32,000 nucleotides of DNA, from the NCBI GenBank assembly GCA_964565945.1, contig CAZMGY010000021.1, forward strand, positions 194,054 to 226,053, given 5' to 3'. Made by a program: the position numbers and the translations under genes. Shown in pieces: positions 24,089-32,000 of the stretch; the stretch's first letter is position 1; every line of letters begins with the position of its first letter. The notes under the pieces were generated by a model, which saw only the letters and a list, made by a program, of their open reading frames with translations, had not been told where the DNA came from and ran no database searches. The stretch is from an uncultured bacterium. Its GTDB lineage: Bacteria > GCA-001730085.

Positions 24089-25068
24089 GATGAGTGTCCT
24101 TCGTGTTGCCAATAGCGTAGGCTATCGTAGGTGATGATCCAGTTGGCGCCAGCACGTTTAAAACTATAAAACACTTCTTGTATAGCAGGATGTAAATCGA
24201 GAGCTCCAGCCTCCACCGCATGATGAATCATCATATATTCGCCCGAAACATGGTAGACCGCTAAAGGGGAATGCGGGAATTCTTGGTGAATGCGATAGAG
24301 AATATCCAAATAGGTGTGGCCAGGTTTAACCATAACGGCGGTAGCACCCTCTTCGATATCGGCGCGCACTTCTTCAATTGCTTGCGAGCCATTGCGCGGG
24401 TCCATTTGGTAGGTGCGACGGTCACCAAAGCTTGGTGTTGAATCGACCGCATTGCGGAAAGGTCCATAAAAGGCCGAGGCATACTTGGCGGCATAGGCCA
24501 TAATATGAACATGTTTCAATCCATGTAGGTTGAGTTGATGACGAATGGCGAGTACTTGCCCATCCATCATGGCGGACGGAGCCACATAATCGGCACCAGC
24601 TTGTGCATGTGTCAAAGCCATCTGCGCCAGTTGTTTGAGACTTTCGTCGTTCAAAATAGCGTTGCCTTTCACAAAACCGCAATGTCCGTGGGAGGTGTAT
24701 CCGCAAATACAAATATCGGTCATCACGGTGACGCCTGGACAGTGCTTTTTGATCGTTTTTACGGCGAGAGGTACAGGGTTATGTTCGTGAGAACTGTAAG
24801 AGCCTATGTCATCATAGAGGTGGGGTTCGACAGCGCCAAATAAGAGCACTTTGTTAACCCCTAAAGTTTGCAGGTAAGCAACATCTTTAAGAAGTTCGTC
24901 CACTGACAGGTGAAACACATTGCTTAACGAGGGCATCGGGTTGCGAATGCCAGAGCCGTCCACCACAAAAAAAGGTTGAATAAAATCTTCTGGACACAAG
25001 GAAACTTCGCTGTGGCTATCGCGAATGGACTGATCTGATCTGAGGTGACGAAATCTTTGAAACTTCAT
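24085..25068 (-). CDS. hemB: Porphobilinogen synthase (delta-aminolevulinate dehydratase), Zn-type
   Basis: The cysteine-rich zinc motif is DICICGYTSHGHCG. Other motifs are VAPSAMMDGQV, AAKYASAFYGPFR, YQMDP, VMVKPG and YHVSGEY. Confidence 0.93.
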   Translation of the reverse strand: MKFQRFRHLRSDQSIRDSHSEVSLCPEDFIQPFFVVDGSGIRNPMPSLSNVFHLSVDELLKDVAYLQTLGVNKVLLFGAVEPHLYDDIGSYSSHEHNPVPLAVKTIKKHCPGVTVMTDICICGYTSHGHCGFVKGNAILNDESLKQLAQMALTHAQAGADYVAPSAMMDGQVLAIRHQLNLHGLKHVHIMAYAAKYASAFYGPFRNAVDSTPSFGDRRTYQMDPRNGSQAIEEVRADIEEGATAVMVKPGHTYLDILYRIHQEFPHSPLAVYHVSGEYMMIHHAVEAGALDLHPAIQEVFYSFKRAGANWIITYDSLRYWQHEGHSS

Positions 25069-25080
25069 ATTAACTAAAAA

Positions 25081-25317
25081 TTATAGCATGTTTTCGGAGT
25101 CTTGGAGGAGTTCGCAGGCTGCTTCGGCTTGATCGATAGGAACCTGAAGTTTAATGCCTCCGATGGCCTGGGAATAGAGCCAGTTCATCGTTATCGTGAA
25201 TTCGTCTTTAAGAAAAACTGTGAAGCCCGAGCCTTCGAGAAGGGTTTTGTAGGTTTGGGCAACGATAGGGTCGCGGTAAATGCCGACGGTGCTCCATCCT
25301 TCATTGTGATCGTACAT
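25081..25317 (-). CDS. Small DUF2007-like protein (putative signal-transduction fold)
   Basis: The 78-aa product is MYDHNEGWSTVGIYRDPIVAQTYKTLLEGSGFTVFLKDE...GGIKLQVPIDQAEAACELL. The ATG at 25317 is preceded by AAGGAGAGG. The family assignment is from remembered pattern only. Confidence 0.5.
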   Translation of the reverse strand: MYDHNEGWSTVGIYRDPIVAQTYKTLLEGSGFTVFLKDEFTITMNWLYSQAIGGIKLQVPIDQAEAACELLQDSENML

Positions 25318-25331
25318 TGTGTCCTCTCCTT

Positions 25332-26216
25332 TCACGTTTGCGTTATATTGTTCAAATCAGTTAGCCGGGCTTGGCAAAGCCTTACAAGTTTTTGCTTGTT
25401 GCGTTTGCGAGCCCCCGTTAAGAGAACGGTCATTTTGCGTTTTAATTCGTTTCGAACCAGCTCTGTCTGGTTCGGATTAACCGCGGGATTATCCAAAAGT
25501 TTGTCCAAGGCTTGAATACGAAAACGATCAAGTCCCCAGATCGCGCGCGACAATTGATCGTCATGTCCGCCGTATTTAACAATCAAGCTTTCGTCGAGTA
25601 AGTCGATGGGATAATGCAAGGCGATTCTAAGCCAGAGGTCGTAGTCCTCACAGGCCAGTAAGGTTTCGTCGAAAAAGCCGACTTTTTCGAAAACCTCACG
25701 GTGAATGATCACCGCCGAAGGCGATACCACACACATCTTGAGGCAATTTTGAAAAATCCATCCCGAAGGCTTGTTATGTTTATTTTTAGGGTTGGCCCAG
25801 AGGCCATGTCGAATCCAATTTTCTTGAGTTTGTAAGATTTTGCAAGAAGGGTTGTGTTCTATGTAGTCTATTTGGCGTTCAAGTTTGGAGGGCTTCCATT
25901 CATCATCCGAATCCAACAGGGCAAACCAGTCGCCTTTAGCGTGGTTAATACCAGTATTGCGTGCAGCACTTACGCCTTTATTGGATTGAGTGATGACTTT
26001 GATTTGCGAAATATAAGAGGCTAGGACATCTTGTGTAGAGTCTGTCGAGCCATCATCGACCACAATCAGTTCTTGAGGAGCGACTGTTTGTGCCAAAACC
26101 GAGTCGACGGCTCGAGGCAAGATTGCGGCACGGTTGAAGGTCGGAATGATGACCGATATGTGTGATTCTATTATACTCATACCATTAATATGCTTCTCAA
26201 TATGCTTTAATGTCAA
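25332..26216 (-). CDS. Family 2 glycosyltransferase
   Basis: Motifs are VSVIIPTFNRAAILPRAVDSVLAQTVAPQELIVVDDGSTDST, GVSAARNTGINHAKGDWFALLDSDDEW (DxD) and CEDYDLWLR. Confidence 0.85.
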   Translation of the reverse strand: MTLKHIEKHINGMSIIESHISVIIPTFNRAAILPRAVDSVLAQTVAPQELIVVDDGSTDSTQDVLASYISQIKVITQSNKGVSAARNTGINHAKGDWFALLDSDDEWKPSKLERQIDYIEHNPSCKILQTQENWIRHGLWANPKNKHNKPSGWIFQNCLKMCVVSPSAVIIHREVFEKVGFFDETLLACEDYDLWLRIALHYPIDLLDESLIVKYGGHDDQLSRAIWGLDRFRIQALDKLLDNPAVNPNQTELVRNELKRKMTVLLTGARKRNKQKLVRLCQARLTDLNNITQT

Positions 26217-26289
26217 ATGTTTTTTAGGAGCTGTCCTAAAATAAGAGCAATCAAATGTCTCTAACCCATTGTTTTAATTGAATTAACTG

Positions 26290-26495
26290 AGGCTTAGGCT
26301 CATTTCTAACCACTACATTGAGCCGTATTCAGGTGGTGCAGCTGTTGCTTTGGATTTTTATAATTAAAGAATTTGCCAAAAAGATCACGCTTAATGATAA
26401 AGATCGAGCTATTTATGTATTTTGGCACGCCGTTTTGAATGAGACAAAAGAGTTATGTAGCCTTATAGGCGATTCGGACGTTTTATCTCTGCGCT
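26290..26495 (+). pseudogene. Remnant of a D12-class (Dam-like) DNA adenine methyltransferase: an N-terminal fragment that is frameshifted and truncated
   Basis: One frame reads RLISNHYIEPYSGGAAVALDFYN then a stop (motif I, EPFxGGxAV-like, 26320-26346). The adjacent frame continues KEFAKKITLNDKDRAIYVFWHAVLNETKELCSLI (the NDxxxxLxxFW block). The junction lies near the T5 run at about 26355-26359. The downstream part has been replaced by the convergent gene at 26495. Confidence 0.45.
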
Positions 26496-26836
26496 TAGCT
26501 ATCTTTTTGGAAGACAAATTCTGGTTCTATGATCGGGCGGTAACCTTCGGGAAAAGCAAAGGGAAATGTGCATACTTCGTAAACTCCGACACAAGTGCGT
26601 GCGACAGTTTTGCCCACGCCCTTGGCTAGTCCCCATGTCATGCCAACCAGGGGCGTTTCTTCAAGACTCTCATTGTAAACCGAAAGGGGAATTTCGAGCC
26701 ATCCCGAAAGAATGTTTCCGATACCACGAACAAACTTGTGCCCCGCATTATCAGCAAATGCTGGCTGTGGCACGGTAAGCGTTAAAGTTACAATAATAAG
26801 TAAAAAATAACAATTTTTGTGAAAAATATATAACAT
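26495..26836 (-). CDS. Small secreted protein resembling the TIGR04073 (putative exosortase-associated) family
   Basis: The ATG at 26836 lies 7 nt after GGAGAG. The signal peptide is MLYIFHKNCYFLLIIVTLTLTVPQPAFA. The mature part reads KFVRGIGNILSGWLEIPLSVYNES...GLAKGVGKTVARTCVGVYEVCTFPFAFPEGYRPIIEPEFVF. The family name is from memory of the pattern RG..N...G..E.P...G..E..TFP. Confidence 0.5.
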   Translation of the reverse strand: MLYIFHKNCYFLLIIVTLTLTVPQPAFADNAGHKFVRGIGNILSGWLEIPLSVYNESLEETPLVGMTWGLAKGVGKTVARTCVGVYEVCTFPFAFPEGYRPIIEPEFVFQKDS

Positions 26837-26883
26837 TAAAAACTCTCCTTGTGAAAAAATATCTTTCAAAAAAGCACATTTAT

Positions 26884-26912
26884 ATGGTAGTTGTGAGGGC
26901 TTTTTTTGTCAA
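26884..26912 (-). promoter_or_regulatory. Candidate promoter for the small secreted-protein gene
   Basis: On the minus strand: TTGACA (26912-26907), a 17-nt spacer, then TACCAT (26889-26884). Confidence 0.3.
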
Positions 26913-27079
26913 TAACTATCCCTTGAGAATTGAATCAAACTAAAATGAGTACATACACAAGGACGAAAGGTAGAAGCCATTTATTCATAACAAACGCTGG
27001 GCACTTTTTACGTGATTGTCGATCTATCCTGTAAGCCTTTGCGTGGGCTTGTCAACGACTAGGATGATGGAGCTAGTTG

Positions 27080-27088
27080 TGCTAGAAT
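27080..27088 (+). promoter_or_regulatory. Candidate extended -10 element for ispH
   Basis: TG-C-TAGAAT lies about 33 nt upstream of the ispH ATG. The RBS GAAGAGG is at 27104-27110. Confidence 0.3.
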
Positions 27089-27120
27089 AAGGTTTTATTT
27101 GACGAAGAGGAATCTAGTTC

Positions 27121-27975
27121 ATGAAAGTAACCAAAGCCAAAGCCTTGGGCACCTGTTTTGGTGTGCAAGATGCTATTGATTTAGCTTTAGAATCCGATCA
27201 CAAAGAAGATCTAACTATTTTGGGTCAGCTAGTGCACAATTCTCAAACTGTGCGTCGTTTAACCGAAGCTGGCATTAAGACTGTGAGTTCATTAAATGAA
27301 GACATTACCACTAAGCATGTGATGATCACGGCACATGGAGCTGCCAACAAAGTTAAAGAAGAACTTCTTAATCGTGGACATATTGTCGAAGATGCTTCAT
27401 GTCCGTTGGTTGTGCGTGTGCATAAAGTGATTAAAAAAATGGTTAAAAATGGTTATTTTCCTGTTGTGATTGGTCAGAAAGAACATGTGGAAGTGCGTGG
27501 TATTGTTGGTGATCTTGATGAGTATGAAATTATTAGATCAATCGATGAAATTGATAAGGTGGCAGATTATCCTCGTTTAGGAATTGTGAGTCAAACCACT
27601 CAGCAAATCAAAATGGTGGAAGAGATTGTTGAGGCCCTTCAAGCGCAGGGACACGAAGAAGTTAAGTTTATGGATACGGTTTGCAAGCCAACCAAAGATC
27701 GCCAGGAAGCGGTGGAAGTACTGTGTGATCAAGTGGATGTCATGATGGTGGTGGGAGGTTTTAATTCGAGCAATACGAAAAAGTTAAAGCTGGTGTGCGA
27801 ACGCAAAGGTTTGCGTGCGTACGATATTGAGGGTGTGGACAATATTCAGCTGGAATGGTTTCGCTCTAATGATCACGTTGGCATCACTGCAGGAACAAGC
27901 ACGCCCGCTGATGTGATTGAAAATGTTTATGAATATCTTTGCAACTTAAATCTTACTTCTGTAGAGCAATCCTAA
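27121..27975 (+). CDS. ispH: 4-hydroxy-3-methylbut-2-enyl diphosphate reductase
   Basis: The three cluster cysteines are in context: GTCFGV, DASCPLV and DTVCKPT. Other motifs are ITAHGA, VSQTTQ, GGFNSSNTKKL and TAGTSTP. Confidence 0.93.
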   Translation: MKVTKAKALGTCFGVQDAIDLALESDHKEDLTILGQLVHNSQTVRRLTEAGIKTVSSLNEDITTKHVMITAHGAANKVKEELLNRGHIVEDASCPLVVRVHKVIKKMVKNGYFPVVIGQKEHVEVRGIVGDLDEYEIIRSIDEIDKVADYPRLGIVSQTTQQIKMVEEIVEALQAQGHEEVKFMDTVCKPTKDRQEAVEVLCDQVDVMMVVGGFNSSNTKKLKLVCERKGLRAYDIEGVDNIQLEWFRSNDHVGITAGTSTPADVIENVYEYLCNLNLTSVEQS

Positions 27976-28000
27976 ACCTCAGATGTAAGAAGGGAGTATC

Positions 28001-29674
28001 ATGAAAACAGACACGATCCATGATTGGACATATAATTTGGGTTTAGGTCAGTATCGAAGAATTCCTACGCAAGAAGTTTGTGTGGGCGATTGTGTTATCG
28101 GTGGCGATCATCCGATTCGAATTCAATCAATGACAACGACAGATACGATGGATACCGATGCCACAGTTGCGCAGACTTTGCGAATGGTTGAGATGGGGTG
28201 TGAGTTGGTGCGTATTACGGCACCTAGCATTTTGCATGCCGAAAATTTACAAAATATTCGTGAGGTTTTGCATACTCAAGGTTGTTATGTACCCTTGATT
28301 GCCGATATTCACTTTACGCCCAATGCTGCTGAGATTGCGGCACGGCTTGTCGAAAAAGTGCGTGTGAACCCTGGTAATTATGTGGACAAGAAAAAGTTTC
28401 AGTTAACGGAATATTCGGATCAGGATTATCAAGAAGAATTGGAGCGAATTAATGAGCGCTTTTTTCCCTTGGTTAAAATTTGCAAAGAATATGGAACGGC
28501 GATGCGTATTGGGACTAATCACGGGTCTTTGTCGGACCGGATTATGAGTCGCTATGGCGATACACCTCGGGGTATGGTGGAATCGGCTTTGGAGTTTGTT
28601 CGTATATGTGAAGAGCATGATTATGATCAGATCATTTTATCGATGAAGGCGTCCAATACACAAGTGATGGTGCAAGCTTATCGCCTGTTGATGCATGAGA
28701 TGCTAAAAAGAGGACGTGTTTATCCTTTGCATTTGGGTGTAACAGAGGCTGGTGAAGGTGTTGATGGGCGGTTGAAGTCAGCGGTCGGTATTGGGGCTCT
28801 GTTGGCGGATGGGTTGGGGGATACCGTGCGGGTTTCTTTAACCGAAGACCCTGAGTTTGAGCCTCCAGTGGCCAAATATATTGTGGACTGTTTAACGTTT
28901 GAACCGTCATCTTGTGGCTCTCAGGCTTCGGGAGTGATTGGCTCTCAAAACCCTTATCGATTTGAGCGAAGACAAGCGCAGTCCGTTTTAGGATTTGGCA
29001 ACGCGACTATCCCAGTAATTGTTAGCAAGTATCCTAGCGCCGATGTGCATGAGAAGGATTTCGATGGTCGTGACGATGTGGCTGTGCTTGCTATCAGGAA
29101 TCGGCAAAATATTTTTACGATACGTTCAGAAATTTTTAAGATGATGCAGGATGGTGATAAGCGCCCCATTGTATTAGATGTGCGTGGGTTGCAAGTGAAG
29201 TTAGGAGAAAATATTACTGGCGAAGCGAGTTGGCAGCTAAGTTTGGCCTCCTTGTTGGGCCCTTTTTTGATTGAGGGCTTTGTGGATGGTGTTTGGGTTT
29301 CTGATAATGAGAGTCATATCACTGATACGTTAGCTTTGCTACAGGCGGCACGCTTAAGAACGGTTAAGACCGAATATATTTCCTGTCCTTCGTGTGGGAG
29401 AACATTGTTTGATTTGCAAGAAACAACGGCAAGTGTGAGAGACAAAACTAGTCACCTTAAAGGTTTGAAAATTGCTGTTATGGGCTGTATTGTGAACGGT
29501 CCTGGTGAAATGGCTGACGCCGATTATGGTTATGTTGGATCGGGGCCAGGAAAGATTTCTTTGTACCGTGGGAACCGTGTTGTGAAAAAAAATATTTCCT
29601 CGGAAGATGCGGTTGAGCAACTTGTAGAGTTGATAAAAAATGATGGTGCATGGAGGGATCCTAAACAGCAATAA
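28001..29674 (+). CDS. ispG: HMBPP synthase (GcpE), long three-domain form with an inserted A*-type domain
   Basis: Motifs are IRIQSMTTTDT, VRITAP, PLIADIHF, RVNPGNY, MRIGTNHGSL and HLGVTEAGEG. An insert of about 160 aa follows. The Fe-S domain has ISCPSCGRT and VMGCIVNGPGEMADADYGYVG. Confidence 0.93.
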   Translation: MKTDTIHDWTYNLGLGQYRRIPTQEVCVGDCVIGGDHPIRIQSMTTTDTMDTDATVAQTLRMVEMGCELVRITAPSILHAENLQNIREVLHTQGCYVPLIADIHFTPNAAEIAARLVEKVRVNPGNYVDKKKFQLTEYSDQDYQEELERINERFFPLVKICKEYGTAMRIGTNHGSLSDRIMSRYGDTPRGMVESALEFVRICEEHDYDQIILSMKASNTQVMVQAYRLLMHEMLKRGRVYPLHLGVTEAGEGVDGRLKSAVGIGALLADGLGDTVRVSLTEDPEFEPPVAKYIVDCLTFEPSSCGSQASGVIGSQNPYRFERRQAQSVLGFGNATIPVIVSKYPSADVHEKDFDGRDDVAVLAIRNRQNIFTIRSEIFKMMQDGDKRPIVLDVRGLQVKLGENITGEASWQLSLASLLGPFLIEGFVDGVWVSDNESHITDTLALLQAARLRTVKTEYISCPSCGRTLFDLQETTASVRDKTSHLKGLKIAVMGCIVNGPGEMADADYGYVGSGPGKISLYRGNRVVKKNISSEDAVEQLVELIKNDGAWRDPKQQ

Positions 29675-29706
29675 AAAAATATTTTCATTATGTGTTAGAA
29701 AAAAAT

Positions 29707-29736
29707 TGACAGTGTTAAGTTAGTTTTGTTATAACT
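29707..29736 (+). promoter_or_regulatory. Candidate sigma70-type promoter for the large exoprotein gene
   Basis: TTGACA (29707-29712), an 18-nt spacer, then TATAAC (29731-29736). A second TATAAT lies at 29747-29752. Confidence 0.4.
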
Positions 29737-29797
29737 AGCGCTGGTTATAATAATTTGTGAGCATTGTGTGTTAAACAATAATAAAGAGGGTTGTCAA

Positions 29798-32000
29798 ATG
29801 AAATTATTCATGAAAACGCCAATGGCTGTGGCGACATTGGTACTTTTTCTATCGTCTGGTCCGTTGTTGGGGCAAGGGATTCAAATTGATACTACTAATC
29901 AAGGAAGCATCGACTATATCAACGGTGAGTATATTGTCGATGGGGATACGGCTGTTACTGGGGAATTTGATATTGATCAAGATATAGTTATCCGTGGTAT
30001 TAACAATGCCCAGCTTCTCTTTCAAGATATTTCTGGCACAGTTTCGAACATTAATGCTCAGTTAAGCTTGTACGATTTGGTTTTTGCACTGATCAATCAA
30101 GCGGGTATTAACATCGGAGTTGCTGGAGCAATTGCCGCTCACGACGCTGCAGCTATTCTTAGCACGCTTAATATCAATCCCGTAGATTTTTTTACACAGA
30201 ACTATACCTTCTCTAATGATGATAATGCGGTGGGAGCAGTTATTAATAATGGACAAGTTGAGGTTGATCAATTTGTCGCCTTCATTGGTGAAACCATTCA
30301 AAATGATGGTGCTGTGATTGCACGTCTTGGTCAAGTGGCTTTTGCTGCTGGTAACAAGGTGACTTTAAGCATTGATGGTGAAAATTTGGTTAACGTTATT
30401 GTGGATGAAGAACTGGCTGCCGATTTGGCTGATCAAATTGATGTTCAAAATCAAATTCTAAACACGGGGTCTGTAATAGCCGATGGTGGTCGTGTTTTGA
30501 TTAGTTCAGGAGCGGCGAAAGACCTGTTTGCCTCAGCGGTGAATAACACTGGCTTAATTCAAGCAAAATCTCTTGTAAACGAAGGTGGTCGGATTATTCT
30601 TAAATCTAATCAGGCCGTTAATATTGGGGGCAATGGAGTGATTGATGCGTCGGCAGATGCGTCTGGAGCTGAGTTGGGACGCATTACCATTGATAGCGAT
30701 GATGCGGTTTTTATTGGTGACAGTGCTGTCATTAAAACAAATGCTGTCGAGGGTGCCGATGCTGGATATATTGATATTCATGGTCACGGGCGCGGATCTT
30801 TGATTAGTGGCAATGCCCGTCTGGAGGCGCGTGGGGCAACGACAGATTCGGCTGCTGGACGAATTTTCTTGAACTCTTTTCATGATATTGAAAGCCCTTC
30901 TGTGCAAGATCGTGAAAATTATCAACAAGGGAATACAGGGTGGATTGAAAATAATGCCAAGATTATTGTGGATGGTGGCGACGAAGAGGGTTCTGGCTGG
31001 ATTGACTTTTCAGGTAAGAGTGTCGATTGGTATTCGGGCAAGGCTTTTCAGTTGAGAAAAGGTGGGATGTTTACTCTGGATCCGGCAGGGATTAGCTTTG
31101 TGGATAATAGTACTGGCAATGGAGATTCTGGTATTGTAAGCGGGATTGGTAGTAACCAAGAATACGCTTTTGGTGAAGATTCTACAGTTAACCTAATATT
31201 GGATGTGAATCCGAATAATGGAGGAGAATTGTTAGCTGGGATTAATGGAGGCACTCTGATTCTGGAGGCTTCGACTGTTAATGTCAATGTTGACTGGGAT
31301 ACAGATGAATCCAATGGAAGTAGTAATGAAGGCTATCATTTGACCATTAATGTCGATGGAATAGATAAGTCTTTTACTATTGCTAGTGGAGTCACTCTAA
31401 CAATGGCTGCAGATCGAAACTTTACAGTAAATTCTGAAGCAAACATTGAAATTGCAGGTAAGGTGATTGCGAGTGGTGCTGGAAACATTGCGTTGCATGC
31501 GGGTATGTCTACAGCTACTTTGGGAGGCGATGGTGTGAGTATTGATGCGACTCCTGTAATTGGCTTGGGGAAAGAGTCGATTGAGTTGGGAGCAGGTGCG
31601 TTGACGATTGATGCAGCTGGTGACGGCACAGAGGGTGTGATTAAGGTTTTGCTTAATGGGACGACAATTACAACGGATGGTGACGTAACCATTACTTCAC
31701 AGGATGTAGAGACACATCCTTTGGTTATTAATAGAAGGGTAGCTCAAGGAGATACTTTAACCGTGAACTTGACCGCTGACCCAGCAGGGGGTGCGGGTTT
31801 ACTAGATATCGATGTGACGGGTAATGGATTTAACGATTATGCCGTAGACGTAGATGACGCGGAGAATGATTTACATATTGATGTCGTAGGTGGAGATTTG
31901 ATTTCAACCTCAGGTGTAACAAATGGAACTGTTCACACGATTGACGAAGTTGTGTTGGTCAATACAGATGCCACTTTGAGTTACAATTTGTCCGAAATAG
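29798..32000 (+). CDS. Large filamentous-haemagglutinin-like beta-helical exoprotein (TpsA-like). Partial: it continues beyond the window end.
   Basis: Hand translation from the ATG at 29798 (RBS AAGAGGG) gives the signal peptide MKLFMKTPMAVATLVLFLSSGPLLGQG. It then gives LVFALINQAGINIGVAGAI...AVINNGQVEV...IQNDGAVIARLGQVAFAAGNKVTLSIDGENLVNVIVD...ILNTGSVIADGGRVLISS...VNNTGLIQAKSLVNEGGRIILKS...VIDASADASGAELGRITIDS. This is typical of haemagglutination-activity/TPS domains. Gly/Asp/Asn/Thr-rich beta-helix-like sequence follows. The frame is open for 734 codons to base 32000, which is why it is absent from the complete-ORF track. Confidence 0.75.
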   Translation, partial: MKLFMKTPMAVATLVLFLSSGPLLGQGIQIDTTNQGSIDYINGEYIVDGDTAVTGEFDIDQDIVIRGINNAQLLFQDISGTVSNINAQLSLYDLVFALINQAGINIGVAGAIAAHDAAAILSTLNINPVDFFTQNYTFSNDDNAVGAVINNGQVEVDQFVAFIGETIQNDGAVIARLGQVAFAAGNKVTLSIDGENLVNVIVDEELAADLADQIDVQNQILNTGSVIADGGRVLISSGAAKDLFASAVNNTGLIQAKSLVNEGGRIILKSNQAVNIGGNGVIDASADASGAELGRITIDSDDAVFIGDSAVIKTNAVEGADAGYIDIHGHGRGSLISGNARLEARGATTDSAAGRIFLNSFHDIESPSVQDRENYQQGNTGWIENNAKIIVDGGDEEGSGWIDFSGKSVDWYSGKAFQLRKGGMFTLDPAGISFVDNSTGNGDSGIVSGIGSNQEYAFGEDSTVNLILDVNPNNGGELLAGINGGTLILEASTVNVNVDWDTDESNGSSNEGYHLTINVDGIDKSFTIASGVTLTMAADRNFTVNSEANIEIAGKVIASGAGNIALHAGMSTATLGGDGVSIDATPVIGLGKESIELGAGALTIDAAGDGTEGVIKVLLNGTTITTDGDVTITSQDVETHPLVINRRVAQGDTLTVNLTADPAGGAGLLDIDVTGNGFNDYAVDVDDAENDLHIDVVGGDLISTSGVTNGTVHTIDEVVLVNTDATLSYNLSEI

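Noticed and set aside
26318-26629. 103-aa ORF as a genuine protein-coding gene
   Set aside because: Its 3' half overlaps the better-supported minus-strand gene, which has a signal peptide and RBS. Its 5' half is explained by a frameshifted methyltransferase remnant.
30062-31692. Four minus-strand ORFs (88-124 aa) at the window end
   Set aside because: All are antisense to the uninterrupted 734-codon FHA-like frame. Their Ser/Pro/Ile-rich products are the complement of Gly/Asp/Asn-rich repeats.

Overview
This 32 kb window is from an AT-rich bacterium (roughly 40-45% GC by eye). It is probably diderm, because it encodes a secretin, MurJ and a TPS-type exoprotein. Coding density is high. I found no rRNA, tRNA, CRISPR array, transposase or integrase.

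Most genes are recognisable housekeeping genes:
- a partial CDF metal exporter
- murJ
- a co-directional run of ftsH-folP-cdaA-cdaR-pdxJ-acpS-nnrD
- a minus-strand run of GT2-DUF2007-hemB-hemL
- ispH-ispG

The most unusual region is 9.6-16.8 kb. It is a tightly coupled six-gene cluster: a mini-MerR regulator, a GspE/PilB-like protein, a GspL-like PilM/PilN-type fusion, a GspM/PilO-like protein, a GspC/PilP-like protein, and a divergent secretin.
- The GspE/PilB-like protein keeps an MshEN-type N-domain that matches the published c-di-GMP-binding motif, and it keeps its tetracysteine site. Its Walker A, Asp box, Walker B and His box are all destroyed.
- The secretin carries a C-terminal extension of about 360 aa.
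- The cluster has no platform protein, pilin/pseudopilin or prepilin peptidase.
- I read it as a secretin apparatus built around a pseudo-ATPase that may sense a nucleotide. I cannot establish from sequence alone whether this has been described before.

Other notable items:
- a bEBP-derived regulator that lacks the GAFTGA loop, Walker B and any sensor domain
- a 1159-aa GH94-like glycoside phosphorylase
- a large partial filamentous-haemagglutinin-like exoprotein with a divergent TPS domain
- three decaying genes (a GT4 glycosyltransferase with at least four lesions, a nitrilase-superfamily gene with a single in-frame TAA, and a Dam-like methyltransferase remnant), which suggest ongoing gene loss

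All calls come from reading and hand-translating the sequence and recalling family motifs. No database search was run.
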